In this document: piece after piece, positions 49,516 through 59,967 of the stretch | Numbering within the stretch: position 1 is the first letter of the stretch | Layout: each line of letters starts with the position of its first letter | Assembly: GCA_965247115.1 (NCBI GenBank) | Contig: CBDFGR010000002.1 | Location: forward strand, 2,048,001 to 2,112,000 | Source: Myxococcota bacterium | Lineage (GTDB): Bacteria; Myxococcota_A; UBA9160; SZUA-336 | Reading direction: 5' to 3' | DNA: 64,000 nucleotides | Notes under the pieces: model-generated | Database searches by the model: none | What the model saw: only the letters and a program-made list of their open reading frames with translations | What the model was told of the DNA's origin: nothing | Translations under genes and position numbers: made by a program

Positions 49516-50532
49516 ATGCCTACTAACGTCTGCATAAGCGCCTTCCCGCAGGGCTGGGAGGCGGTGGTCGAGCTCGCGAAGGCGGCCGAGCGCGCCGGGA
49601 TGAGCGACTTCGGCGTGGCCGACTCGCCGCTCATCGCCCGCGATCTCTACGTGTCCTGCGCCGCGTGCCTGCTCGAGACCTCGAATCTGCGCGTGCAGAC
49701 CGCGGTCACCAATCCGGTCACCCGCCACCCCTCGGTCACCGCCGGCAGCGTGCTGTCGATGGCCGAGCTCGGCCCCGGCCGGGTGGCCATCGGCATCGCC
49801 ACCGGGGACAGCGCGGTGTGGGGCGCGGGGCTCAAGCCCGCGAAGATCGCGCACATGTGCGAGTACATCGTGGCGCTGAAGACGCTGCTGCGCGGAGAGC
49901 CGGCTACCTACCAAGGTGCGACCTTCTCCGGGCACTGGCCGGACTTCGATCCGGCGCTCGCCCCGCCGGTGTACGTCGCCTGCTCGGGGCCGCGGGTGCT
50001 CAAGGCCTCCGCGCAGGTGGCCGATGGCCTGATCATCGCGGAGATGGGTTACATGCCGGAGAACATTGCGCACGTTCGCGCGTTGATCGCAGAAGGCTGC
50101 GCCGAGGTCGATCGCGATCCGGAAGAGCTGGATCTCTGGTGGCTGGCCGAGTTCCGATTCGCCGACGATGCCGAGGCTGCGGCCGCGGCATGCGTGGGAG
50201 CGAGCCAGTGGCTGATCACCGGCAGCACCCGGGGCAAGGGGATCCCCGAGGGCTTCGTGCCGAAGCTCCGCGAGCTGCACGCAGACACCCATACGCTCGC
50301 CACTTACTCGGCTCGAGACCGAAGCGAGATGCTGGCCGCGCGCGCCAAGCGGCTCGGCCTGTACGACTGGCTGCTGGAGCGCTCCGCCCGGCTCTACGGC
50401 ACCGCCGACGACATCGGCGCGCGCATGGACGAGCTGCGCGAGCTCGGCATCGAGAACTGGTACCTGTGGCCGGACGGCGAGATGAACATCGTCGAGAGCA
50501 TGGAGCGCCTCGGAGAGGTGATCAATCGCTAG
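49516..50532 (+). CDS. LLM-class oxidoreductase (Mer/F420-like)
   Basis: GVADS, AVTNPVTRHPSVTA, GIATGDS and VYVACSGPR motifs; AGGAGG RBS. Confidence 0.85.
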   Translation: MPTNVCISAFPQGWEAVVELAKAAERAGMSDFGVADSPLIARDLYVSCAACLLETSNLRVQTAVTNPVTRHPSVTAGSVLSMAELGPGRVAIGIATGDSAVWGAGLKPAKIAHMCEYIVALKTLLRGEPATYQGATFSGHWPDFDPALAPPVYVACSGPRVLKASAQVADGLIIAEMGYMPENIAHVRALIAEGCAEVDRDPEELDLWWLAEFRFADDAEAAAAACVGASQWLITGSTRGKGIPEGFVPKLRELHADTHTLATYSARDRSEMLAARAKRLGLYDWLLERSARLYGTADDIGARMDELRELGIENWYLWPDGEMNIVESMERLGEVINR

Positions 50533-50611
50533 CACCGCGCCGGCGACGGTGCTGACCCCTTGCTAACATGATCTCGTCGGCAATGTGGGCTGGAGCGAGC
50601 TGTGTCACACC

Positions 50612-50738
50612 TCACCACGTCGCTCGGGCCGACGTCCGCGACGCGGCCGTCGGTGACCACCACCGTCCCGGGCGCATACACCGTACGCTGCCCGACGACC
50701 GTCACCACCGTCGCGTCTCGAATCACCGTCGTGCTCAT
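50612..50738 (-). pseudogene. Amidohydrolase (deaminase-type) N-terminal fragment
   Basis: MSTTVIRDATVVTV...GTVVVTDGRVADVGP, after which homology ends. Confidence 0.6.
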
Positions 50739-50945
50739 GGTGCGTCTCCCGATGCAGCCCGACCCTCGGCACCGGGACGGGTAGCGGATAATTCTCGTCG
50801 ACAGGGGGCATCGACGGAAGCGGCTCGGGTCGGCAGGCCGGTCCCCGCACGACCGGCTCACCGCGGCGATGCTGCGGGTTGGCCTTGTCGGCTTCGCGGC
50901 AGCAGTCGGCCGAGGTGCGGGGATAGGTCGAACAAGCGGGTTTTT

Positions 50946-50974
50946 GGTTCCGATAATCCCGCGTTCTGTTCAAT
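50946..50974 (+). other. Degenerate dif-like (XerC/XerD) site
   Basis: GGTTCCGATAA-N7-TTCTGTTCAAT; right arm matches TTATGTTAAAT at 9/11. Confidence 0.4.
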
Positions 50975-51055
50975 AGGGACGGGTCCCCCCCCTCCGGCAA
51001 TCCCGTTCCAGCGGGCCTTGAAGGCCCCCGAACGAGGAGCTCGAGGCCCCAAGGG

Positions 51056-51124
51056 AGAGCGCCTGAAAGCCACCCACAAGGCCCTGGCCCTGCTGGCGCC
51101 TTGTGAGTGGCCTCCAGGCGCTCT
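51056..51124. repeat. 27-bp inverted repeat (hairpin) with a 15-nt loop
   Basis: Arms 51056-51082 and 51098-51124 are complementary at 24/27. Confidence 0.85.
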
Positions 51125-52501
51125 TCATTCACCGGACTGACCGCCAGCACCGGCAGCGAAACACCCGCCTCCCGCAGGAGTATTACGACCACATCAAGGA
51201 GCGGTTCGCGGACGAGCGCGAGCTCCGGCTGGGCTATCGGCCCGAGGGGACCGCGCAGTTCACGTCCGAGCTCGCCGGGGAGCTGCAGAAGTACGCGATC
51301 GACCCGTTCGCTGGCGAACCCACGCCCCGGCCGCCGCTCAACGACGCTGTCGAGTGTCTGTTCATTGGTGGGGGATTCTCCGCGCTTCTCACATCGGCAC
51401 GCCTCCGCGAGTACGGGGTCGAGAGCGTTCGCATCGTGGAGCGGGGCGCAGACGTTGGCGGAACGTGGTACTGGAACCGCTACCCGGGCCTGGCCTGCGA
51501 CGTGGTCGCATACGACTACCTGCCGTTGCTCGACGAGATGGACTACGTCCCGACGAGCCACTACGCAAAGGGTCCCGAGATCTACGCCCACTGCCAGGCG
51601 ATCGCAAAGCGGTACGACTTGTACGAGCTCGCGGTGTTTCAGACGACCGTCACGGCCACCATCTGGGACGAAGACCAGCAGATCTGGAACGTAGCTACGG
51701 ACCGGGGCGATCACATGAAGGCGCGGTTTGTGATCTGCGCCAACGGCACGTTGTGCAAGCCGAAGCTGGCCAAGATCAGCGGCATGGAGTCGTACAGCGG
51801 GCACTCGTTCCACACGTCGAGGTGGGACTACGAATACACGAAGCCCGACCTGTCGGGGCTCCGGGACAAAGTGGTCGGCATCATCGGCACGGGGGCGTCG
51901 GCCGTCCAAGCTGTGCCCCGCCTGGGTGAGGCGGCTAGGGAGCTGTATGTGTTCCAGCGCACGCCCTCCTCGGTTGACATCAAGAACGATTGGCCCACCG
52001 ATCCCAACTGGGCCCGGAAGCTCACGCCCGGGTGGCAGGCAAGGCGGCGCGCGGCTGCGCTCAAGGAGCCGGAGCTCAGTCCCGAGCAAAAGGAGAAGAT
52101 CGCTTCGCTGTCACGCGAGGAGAAGATCCGGAGGCAAGAGAACGCGAACATCGATGCCATGATGCGAATCCACAGGCGCATCGATGAGATCGTGAAGGAC
52201 CCAGAGACGGCGGACGCACTCAAGCCCTGGTACATGCTGATGTGCAAGCGACCATGCTTCGACAACGACTACCTTCCCACGTACAACCGGCCCAACGTCC
52301 ACCTGGTGGACACCAAGGGCAAGGGCATCACGGAGATCAACGCGGCCGGACCGATCTTCGACGGGAAGGCCTACGAGCTCGACCTCCTTATTTGCGCCAC
52401 GGGCTTCGAAGTGCAGAAGACCGGCATCTACAACCAGATACGGGGCGTCGACGGCCTCGATCTGAACGAGAAGTACGGCGACGGAATTCGCACCCTCCTA
52501 G

Positions 52502-53776
52502 CAGGCTGCGGAGAAAGTGACTGGTTGAGGGGTGGTCCTTCCGACGAGGGGGTTCACCGGCCGAGGGGCGGGGCGCGATTCCCGGTTCGAACCGGTCTTG
52601 GGCTCCGCTGATCGCGGGGCGGTTTCGCACATGACCTACGTGGCCTCCAGCAGCTTGCGGATCCGGATCAGGTTGTAGGCTGCGGCCGTGAAGGTGAAGA
52701 CCCAGCCGACCCGATCCGTGCCGCGGTGTCGGGTCTTGCGCATCAGCCCCACGGTCTTCATCCAGCCGAAGACCTCTTCCACCCGTTTGCGAAAACGCTG
52801 ACTCAGTTCGTAGCCCCGGTGGCGCGTCGTCCGCCCGTCGATCGCGCTGCGTCGATTCGTCGTGTTCTGCGCCACGTGTGGGGTCACGCCCAACTCTCGA
52901 AGCTCTTCCACGAACCCCTTCGTGTCGAAGCCCTTGTCTCCGCCCAATGTCCTCCGACGCCCGCCTCCCAGACCTTCCACCATCTCGAGCGCCGCTTCGC
53001 GCTCCGCATATCCCGACGCCTGCGTGAGCTTCGCCGCGACCACCAAGCCGTTCCGGTTCTCCGTCACCACGTGTCCCTGGTACGCGAGTCGGGCGCCTTG
53101 GCCTCTCATACCGGCGAGTCGTGCGTCGGGATCCGTCGTCGACGCATGCGTCTGGTTGCTCCGCTTCTCGCCTCGGAAGTTCACCGTCGGGTTGCCCGGG
53201 TCATCGTCGTCTCTCCGTTCCTCGTCCTTCCGTACGAAGCTCTTCTGGCTCGCCCACGCCTCGATCAGCGTCCCGTCTACCGTGAAGTGCTCCAACGACA
53301 CCCATCCCTCGGTCTCGGCCTGCTCCAGCACTGCGTCGAAGAAGTGCTCGGCAATCTCGCCCTTGAGCAGCCGGTCTCGGTTCTTCGTGAACACCGTGGC
53401 GCTGAACACCACCTCGTCAAGCTCCAGACCCACGAACCAGCGATACAGCAGGTTGTACTCCAGCTGCTCCACCAGCTGCCGCTCGCTCCGGATGGTGTAG
53501 AGCACCTGCAGCAGCAGGGCGCGCAGCAGCTGCTCCGGGGGCACGGACGGGCGCCCTACGCCTCTGGCGTAGATCGCGTCGAAGCGCGGCGATAGCCGCT
53601 GCAGCGCCGTGTCGACCATGCGCCGCATCGCTCGAAGCGGATGATCATCCGGAATCCGCGACTCCAGCGACACGTAGCTGAACATCCCGCCCTGAAGCGT
53701 CCCCTGTCCTCTCACGCCTCCCCCTTTGGGGCTCGCTCCCAAGGTACCCTTCGATGAGGAGTTTTTCAGCAGCCTG
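52502..53776 (-). mobile_element. IS5-family insertion sequence, second copy at the same BVMO site
   Basis: Same ends and length as 34534-35808; CTAG at 52498-52501 and 53777-53780. Confidence 0.92.
52636..53715 (-). CDS. IS5-family DDE transposase (same translation as 34668-35747)
   Basis: Identical protein in the ORF track. Confidence 0.93.
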   Translation of the reverse strand: MRGQGTLQGGMFSYVSLESRIPDDHPLRAMRRMVDTALQRLSPRFDAIYARGVGRPSVPPEQLLRALLLQVLYTIRSERQLVEQLEYNLLYRWFVGLELDEVVFSATVFTKNRDRLLKGEIAEHFFDAVLEQAETEGWVSLEHFTVDGTLIEAWASQKSFVRKDEERRDDDDPGNPTVNFRGEKRSNQTHASTTDPDARLAGMRGQGARLAYQGHVVTENRNGLVVAAKLTQASGYAEREAALEMVEGLGGGRRRTLGGDKGFDTKGFVEELRELGVTPHVAQNTTNRRSAIDGRTTRHRGYELSQRFRKRVEEVFGWMKTVGLMRKTRHRGTDRVGWVFTFTAAAYNLIRIRKLLEAT

Positions 53777-53999
53777 CTAGGCGTTCACTCGCAGGGCTAC
53801 CCGAACCTGTTCATCATGGGCGGCTATCAGGCGTCTTTTCGCTTCAACTTGACCGACGTTCTTCAGACCCAGGGGGACGAAGGCGAGTTTCAGCGCAGGC
53901 AGGACGGCAACTACAACGGCAGCTATCCCCAGTACCTCGCCCAAGTAAAAGACGTGGGGGCGAACATCGAAGAGAACTTCGTCTTTACGAAGAGGTAGG

Positions 54000-54118
54000 C
54001 GATCAGTACCTCGAGCAGATAGTCATGCAGATAGTCGCTGCGATGGGCGACGACCTGGGCGTGGTGATCTCCATGCGCCCCGAGCGCTGGCGCACCGAGG
54101 ACTACACCAAGATGCGAT
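54000..54118 (+). pseudogene. PNPOx/PPOX-like C-terminal fragment
   Basis: VVISMRPERWRTEDYTK; contains a short GCAGATAGTC tandem duplication. Confidence 0.45.
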
Positions 54119-54295
54119 CTAGCGGGGGCGCTCCGCCTCCGCCAAGACGCGCAGGATGTTTTCGCCCAGAACCTTGCGCACGTCCGCCTCGCCGTAGCCG
54201 CGCCGCACGAGCGCGCGCGTCAGGTTGGTAGGTGGCCGACGTCCTCGAGACCCTCGGGGAACCACGGCGCGCCGTCGAAGTCGGACCCCAAGCGT
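54119..54295 (-). pseudogene. Membrane dipeptidase (M19) C-terminal fragment
   Basis: LGSDFDG...GLEDV, frameshift, then NLTRALVRRGYGEADVRKVLGENILRVL. Confidence 0.8.
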
Positions 54296-54324
54296 AGACT
54301 GCGAGTGGGGGCCCGTCGCACCGC

Positions 54325-54790
54325 TGAGATAGCTCTTGCCGGTACCCCGAGGGCCAAAGAAGAGCGCATCCTCCGCATGCCAGACGAAGCGAGCGGTGGC
54401 GAGTTCGAAGACCAATGCGCGAGAGAGCTTGGCTTTGAAGCGGAAGTCACACCCATCGAGGGTCTTGTCGGCGTCGCGGAAGCGCGCCTGCTTGATCAGC
54501 CGCAGGCAGGCTATCCTGAGGTCGTGTCAGTTCGCCTGGACCAGGGCCGAGAGCAGATCGATCGGCGCCCACTGGCTGTTCTGCGCTTCGAGTGGACGCA
54601 GCTCGAGCTGGTTGGCCATCCCCGAGAGACGCAGCTTTCGCAGTGTGGAATCGAGCTCGTTGACCTTCACGCGGCATCTCGTTCCGTGCTGCGGTCGATC
54701 AGCTCCCGGTAGTGGTGCAGGTCGCGGATGTGCGGATCGACCTGCTTGAGAGTCAGCAGCGAAGTCGCTTGACGCTCGACGAAGCGACGC
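54325..54790 (-). mobile_element. Decayed IS21-family remnant (istA tail + istB 5' part)
   Basis: LRKLRLSGM, ELATARF and GPRGTGKS in several frames; upstream LTLKQVDPHIRDLHHYRELI. Confidence 0.75.
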
Positions 54791-54883
54791 ACAAAACGGT
54801 AGGTCGGAAGGCCGAGCTCGATGCCCCGCCCCTCGGGCTGGCGACTGCGGGCTCTTCAATCGGCTCACCCGAAGCGCTGCGGT

Positions 54884-55957
54884 CTAGCGAAGGGCCGGGA
54901 TGACCTTGTCCGAGAATAGCCTCATCGAGTCCATCACCTTCTGGTGTGGCATCCCGCCGCTCTGTGTCCAGGAGATATGCAGGTCTATCCCCAGTCCTTC
55001 GAAGGCCTTCAGTCTGTCGATACAGTAGTCCGCGTCGCCAACGATGATCGAAGTGACTTCCTGCAGCGCTTTGAAGGTCGTCATGTCGTCCGCCTCCTGG
55101 GTTATGTGGCCCTCGTAGCTCTTGACTGGTTTGGCCCCCAGGGCCGCGACGATCTGACCCGTGTACTTCGCGTTCCAGAGGAAGCACTCCTCGGCGACTT
55201 CCTGTGCTTGCTTCTGCGTCGTGTCTACATACAGCTCCGACAGCACGCCGATTCGGGGCTTGTGGCTATGCCCAGCTTGCTTGAAGGCCGCTCGATACTG
55301 TTTGATGGACCCCTCTATGTCCTCAAACGTGCCGTAGTGCGAGGACAATAGCAGACCGTGCCCCATCTTCCCGATGATATCCGGGGTGTCGCTTGAAACA
55401 GCCGCGATCCACACCGGTGGGTACGGCTTCTGCACCGGCTTGGGAATGATGGAAATCTCGCGGCCTCGCGCATCTCGGAGATTCTCGGGAATATCGTAGT
55501 GCACTCCCCGGTGCGTGAACTTCTCCTGTGTCCACGCCTTGAGGACAACCTCAAGGTGCTCAGCGAAGATCTCGCGGCTGTCCTCCATCGACACACCCAA
55601 CGCTTCGGCTTCCACATGCTGTACTCCCCGCCCCAAGCCAAAGTCCACCCGCCCCTGGGTCAGGATATCCAGCGTCGCGATCTTCCCCGCCGTGTGAATT
55701 GGATGATGGTAGGGCACCAGCAGAACGGCAAACCCGATCCGGACGCGGCGGGTCCGCTGGCTCAAGGCCGCCGCCAGCAGTTCCGGCGCCGGCGAACACG
55801 AGTATTCCGGGAAGAACCGCTGCTCGGCAAGCCAGACGCTGTCGTACCCCAACTCATCCGCATACTCACACTGCGTCAAGAAATTCTCGGTTGCGCTCAC
55901 CTCGGTTTGCCCGCAATCCGGCCGAACATCAATCGTGGAAAAAACACCGAACTCCAA
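54884..55957 (-). CDS. LLM-class flavin-dependent oxidoreductase (luciferase-like)
   Basis: GYDSVWLAEQ, GRVDFGLGRG and PKPVQKPYPPVWIAA motifs; TTG start; less GC-rich than its neighbours. Confidence 0.88.
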   Translation of the reverse strand: MEFGVFSTIDVRPDCGQTEVSATENFLTQCEYADELGYDSVWLAEQRFFPEYSCSPAPELLAAALSQRTRRVRIGFAVLLVPYHHPIHTAGKIATLDILTQGRVDFGLGRGVQHVEAEALGVSMEDSREIFAEHLEVVLKAWTQEKFTHRGVHYDIPENLRDARGREISIIPKPVQKPYPPVWIAAVSSDTPDIIGKMGHGLLLSSHYGTFEDIEGSIKQYRAAFKQAGHSHKPRIGVLSELYVDTTQKQAQEVAEECFLWNAKYTGQIVAALGAKPVKSYEGHITQEADDMTTFKALQEVTSIIVGDADYCIDRLKAFEGLGIDLHISWTQSGGMPHQKVMDSMRLFSDKVIPALR

Positions 55958-56225
55958 TTCCCTCTCCTCCTCTACTCGCTAAGGCGAATTCATGCTACAC
56001 GACCAAGATCCACGATGACAAGCAGGCCGAGCTGGACGGCGGGCTGCGCGCTTCGGGGCCGAGTCAGGGGAGTCCTTTGGATAGAAGATCAAAGACATCA
56101 GCCACGAGCACCCGAGGAGTATCCTCAGCGCTCAGCGGTCCACGGAACCGGGGTAGTTCCAGGTGTGGAGCGGTGGTATACTGGCCGCGTCTCGGGTCCG
56201 AACCTTCATCCGCGAGGACATCGCC

Positions 56226-57410
56226 ATGAGCGGCTACACCATCATCGATGCCGACACCCACGTCACCGAGACCCCAGACCTCTGGACCAGCCGCGCTCCG
56301 GCCTCGATGCGCGACCGCGTCCCGCGCGTCGAGAAGAACGCCGACGGGAGCCTAGGCTGGGTGCTCGGGGGTGAGTCGATGTTCTCGAATCCGGGGGAGA
56401 CGGCGACGGCGGGGGTCGGCACAATCGACGATCCGCCCAAGCGCTACGAGGATATGCACCCGGGCGCCTACGACGCCAAAGCGCGTCTCGCCTACATGGA
56501 CCAGCTCGGCATCTGGGCGATGGTCATGTACCCGAACGTCGGGGGCTTTGGGGCGCAGGAATTTCTCAAGCTGAACGATCCGGAGCTCATGCTCTGCTGC
56601 GTCCAGATCTACAACGACTGGCAGAGCGAGTGGGCCGAGGCCGATTCGCGCCGCCTGCTCCCGATCACCTCGCTGCCCTTCTGGGATGTGGAGGCGTCGG
56701 TGGCCGAGGTGCGGCGCTGCGCCGAGATGGGGCACCGCGGCATCCTGTTCAGCGGCGCACCCCAGACCCTGGGGCAGCCCCTGCTGGGCGACCGGCAGTG
56801 GAACCCGATCTGGGAGACCGCGGTCGAGCTGAACCTGCCGATCAGCTTCCACATCGGTTCGGGGGACTTCGGCTTCGAGCAGTTCCGCTCCAAGACGGAG
56901 ACCTACGGTCGCATGGCGGCCTTCACCTCCATTGGGGTCGACCTGTTCCTGCAGAACGGCATGTGCCTGGGCGACCTCATCATGTCGGGGGTGCTCAACC
57001 GCTATCCCGACATCAAGTTCGTCTCGGTGGAGAGCGGCATCGGCTGGATCCCCTTTACCCTCGAGGCTCTCGACTACCAGTTCCACGGCAACCGGGTGCG
57101 CCAGGAGAACCCCGCCTTCGAGCTGAATCCCTCGGAGTACTTCGCCCGTAACATCTACGCCTGCTACTGGTTCGAGCAGGTCGCCCCGCGGCGCTTGATC
57201 GACAAGGTGGGTGTCGACAACATCCTGTTCGAGACCGACTTCCCCCACCCCACCTCGCTCTACGGCGACGAGGTGCACAAGCGCATCGACGCCGGGCTCG
57301 CGGACTGCGAGGAGTCGGTGCGACGCAAGATCTTGTGGGAGAACGGGCGCGACCTCTACAAGATCGAAGAGCCGAGCGCCGACGACGAAGCCAAGCGCCT
57401 GGCCACCTAG
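56226..57410 (+). CDS. Amidohydrolase_2 family protein
   Basis: IIDADTHVTE, FHIG, VESGIGWIP and LFETDFPHP motifs. Confidence 0.9.
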   Translation: MSGYTIIDADTHVTETPDLWTSRAPASMRDRVPRVEKNADGSLGWVLGGESMFSNPGETATAGVGTIDDPPKRYEDMHPGAYDAKARLAYMDQLGIWAMVMYPNVGGFGAQEFLKLNDPELMLCCVQIYNDWQSEWAEADSRRLLPITSLPFWDVEASVAEVRRCAEMGHRGILFSGAPQTLGQPLLGDRQWNPIWETAVELNLPISFHIGSGDFGFEQFRSKTETYGRMAAFTSIGVDLFLQNGMCLGDLIMSGVLNRYPDIKFVSVESGIGWIPFTLEALDYQFHGNRVRQENPAFELNPSEYFARNIYACYWFEQVAPRRLIDKVGVDNILFETDFPHPTSLYGDEVHKRIDAGLADCEESVRRKILWENGRDLYKIEEPSADDEAKRLAT

Positions 57411-57710
57411 ACACGCCGTCGGAGGGGAGCGCGATGACCGAGCCCTAAGCTCGGCCGACTCGCATCCTGGCGAGCCGTCGGGCATTTGGGGGGCGCGCAT
57501 CGAGCGCCGCTACCGCGACCGCGCGCCCCCCACGGTGTAGGGGCTCGAGGGACGCGACGGCGTGTGGACCTGATCCAGTTAAGCGACGTCTCCGCGCGAT
57601 CGAACGGGTGCCCGCTCATCTGGTGGGGACGCCGCGGGCGGTTTGTTCCCCTTGCTGATTGCTATCCGAGCAGACGACCCTCCTGGTCACCGAGCCAACG
57701 CTCGAGTTGG

Positions 57711-57743
57711 TGGTGCAGGCGGCCGCAATCGAACCCGCGTCCG
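57711..57743 (-). other. Degenerate tmRNA (ssrA) 3'-end fragment; att-site scar
   Basis: Minus strand CGGACGCGGGTTCGATTGCGGCCGCCTGCACCA versus a typical ssrA end CGGACGCGGGTTCGATTCCCGCCGCCTCCACCA. Confidence 0.6.
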
Positions 57744-57849
57744 CTACTCCTGCTCGTCCCGAATGACCTCGAGCTCGGCGATCGCCTCTAGATCCTTGGG
57801 GCGACCGGCCGCTCGCTTCACTGCGATGAGCTTCTCGAGGCCGAGGCAC

Positions 57850-58675
57850 GTGACTTCGGGAGAACACAGTGCTTCGGCCGCAATCCTCAGCGCGGACGCG
57901 GTCGGCTACAGCCGGCTCATCTCCGAGGACGAGGACGCCACCGTCCACACGATCACGGTGTACCGCGAGCAGATCGCCATCCTGGTCGAGGAGCACCAGG
58001 GCCGGGTGGTCGACTTCACCGGGGACAACCTGCTCGCAGAGTTCCGGACTGCGCGCGACGCGGTGATCTGCGCGATCGAGGTACAGCGCGTCCTGCGCGC
58101 CCGCAACGCCAGCCTGAGCGCCGACCACCGGATGGACTTCCGGATGGGCATCCACATGGGCGACGTCCGCGTGGAGGGCGGCCGCATCTACGGCGATGGG
58201 GTCAACATCGCCGCGCGCCTCGAGGCGCTGGCCGACGCCGGCGGCATCTGCATCTCGTCCACGGTCCACGATCAGGTGAGGCACCGCATCAGCGTGGACT
58301 TCGAGGATCTCGGGGAGAAGTCGGTCAAGAACATCCCCGACCCGGTGCGCGTGTACCGCGCCCTCCTCTTCGCGGCCGAGCGGGCGGAGGCACCCGCCGC
58401 GGGAGTGGCGGCCCTTCTGATCTGGGGAACGGGCGGCGAGTTTGGCTCTACCGCGCGCGCCCGGGCCGATCCGCTCCATCGCCGTTCTTCCCCTCGACAA
58501 CTTGTCCGGCGAGGCGGAGCAGGAGTTCTTCGTCGACGGGCTAACCGAGGAGCTCACGGCGACGCTGGCCCGCATCCGGGCGCTCCGGGTGATCTCCCGA
58601 ACCTCGGCCATGCAGTACAAGGGCGTGCACAAGCCGCTTCGCGAGATCGCGCGGGAGCTGGACGTCGACGGGGTG
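57850..58675 (+). pseudogene. Class III adenylate/guanylate cyclase + TolB-like domain, broken and truncated
   Basis: AAILSADAVGYSRL, GDNLLAEF and GDGVNIAARLE; other frame SIAVLPLDNLSG...FFVDGLTEEL...VISRTS; no TPR tail. Confidence 0.85.
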
Positions 58676-59030
58676 CCGAGGGCGACGGAACCGAACCCGC
58701 ACGCGAACATCAGGTTGAGGGGCAGGCGATACAGCGGGCCGGGCTCGCACAGGGGGTCGGTGAGTGACACCGATCGGTGATTCGGCACAAACAGGTCCTC
58801 GACTCGCCAGTGGTGACTGCCGGTCCCCCGCATCCCGCGGACGTCCCAGGTGTCCAAGACCTCGACCTGCGCGCGCGGCAGCAGCAGTACCCGAAGCCGC
58901 GGCGTTGCGTCCGCGCGCTCCCCGCCGCTGCGAACGCGCGCGAAGCCCGCCATCCAGTTCGCGTGGCGGCAGCCGCTGCTGAACGTCCAGCGGCCCGAGA
59001 CGCGGAAGCCGCCCTCCACCTCTACCGCCT
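58672..59030 (-). pseudogene. Internal fragment of a flavin-dependent hydroxylase (acyl-CoA dehydrogenase superfamily)
   Basis: [15 protein letters not shown] and DTWDVRGMRGTGSH motifs. Confidence 0.8.
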
Positions 59031-59144
59031 CTCCCCGGGAGGCGGGCCGTTTCCGATCACACTGCGCGGGTCGGCGCCCCAGATCTCGACGTCCTGACGT
59101 TCTTCGAGTACCGACCGAGCCCGCACTTCTCGCTGCTCGCGGAA

Positions 59145-59410
59145 CACGAGCAGTTTCAGGTGCGACTGCCGGAGGGGAACTTCACGACCCGCATCGCGCG
59201 CCTGGGAATCGACTTCGCGTTTACGGCCGACATTTCGTGGCGGAACCTGGTCCAGTGGGACAACGAGACAGATTCGCTCACCATCAACAGCCGCTTCCGC
59301 TGGATCATCGAGCCAGGACGCGAGTTCTTCGTCGTCCTGGACCCGTTCTTTCTTCGCGAGGATCGACTCCGCCTGACCTCGACAACCACGGACCTGGTAC
59401 TGAAGCTGCT
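59145..59410 (+). pseudogene. Outer-membrane beta-barrel (DUF5916-like) C-terminal fragment
   Basis: [30 protein letters not shown]. Confidence 0.6.
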
Positions 59411-59508
59411 GGCTCCGGGCGGGATCAGATCACGCCCCGGCCGCTCCCGGTGTATAGTAAGCTTCACGATTGTGGGCGAGACCCTCAGGAAGCGAGGAGG
59501 ACGACGAC

Positions 59509-59960
59509 GTGACCGCAGCTTCGCTGAAACTGCCCGGCAAACTGGGCGACCCGAACCTCACCCTCGCCACGGACCCGCGCACCGACCCGCGAGTCATCGC
59601 ATCCCTGGCCCAGTCGGGCATGGACGCCGTCGAGGAGGCGCCCTCCGTCGGACCGGGCTCCCCCTATGCAGAGATCCTCGAGTACGTCGGCGCCCTCGAA
59701 GCCGGCCTTCGTGGCCCTACCGCGCGAGCGTGGAGGACCTGGCAGGACTCCCGCCGCACGCGATCTCGGTGAACGAGCTGGACCCGCTGCGCGACGAGGG
59801 ACTCCACTACGCGCGAAGGCTGATGGCCGCCGGTGTTCCGACGCTGAGCCGCACGATCAACGGCACGAATCACGGCGGCGACACCGAGCTGCTGGCCGTC
59901 ATGCCCGACGTCTACTACGCGTCGATCCGCGACGTCCACGGCTTCGCGGCGTCGCTGTGA
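59509..59960 (+). pseudogene. Alpha/beta hydrolase (HSL-type esterase) with an internal deletion
   Basis: GAGGAGG RBS; N-terminus LPGKLGDP...DPRTDPR joined out of frame near 59710 to [22 protein letters not shown]...NHGGD; catalytic-Ser region missing. Confidence 0.8.
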
Positions 59961-59967
59961 CGTGCGC

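Larger units (their letters stand above)
51140..53998 (+). pseudogene. Baeyer-Villiger monooxygenase, copy 2 (IS5-interrupted, 153-bp deletion in the 3' part)
   Basis: IGGGFS, GGTWYWNRYPG, FHTSRWD fingerprint and IGTGAS motifs; lacks the equivalent of 35911-36063; native start not evident. Confidence 0.92.

Noticed and set aside
34534..53776. Composite transposon bounded by the two IS5 copies
   Set aside because: Both copies share the same BVMO flanks, so they arose by segmental duplication, not independent insertion.
56137..56161. Possible IS3-family terminal repeat (minus strand TGGAACTACCCCGGTTCCGTGGAC)
   Set aside because: No partner end or transposase is present; resemblance only.
57616..59019. 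467-aa minus-strand ORF
   Set aside because: Only the first ~115 aa are hydroxylase-like; the rest is antisense to the cyclase.
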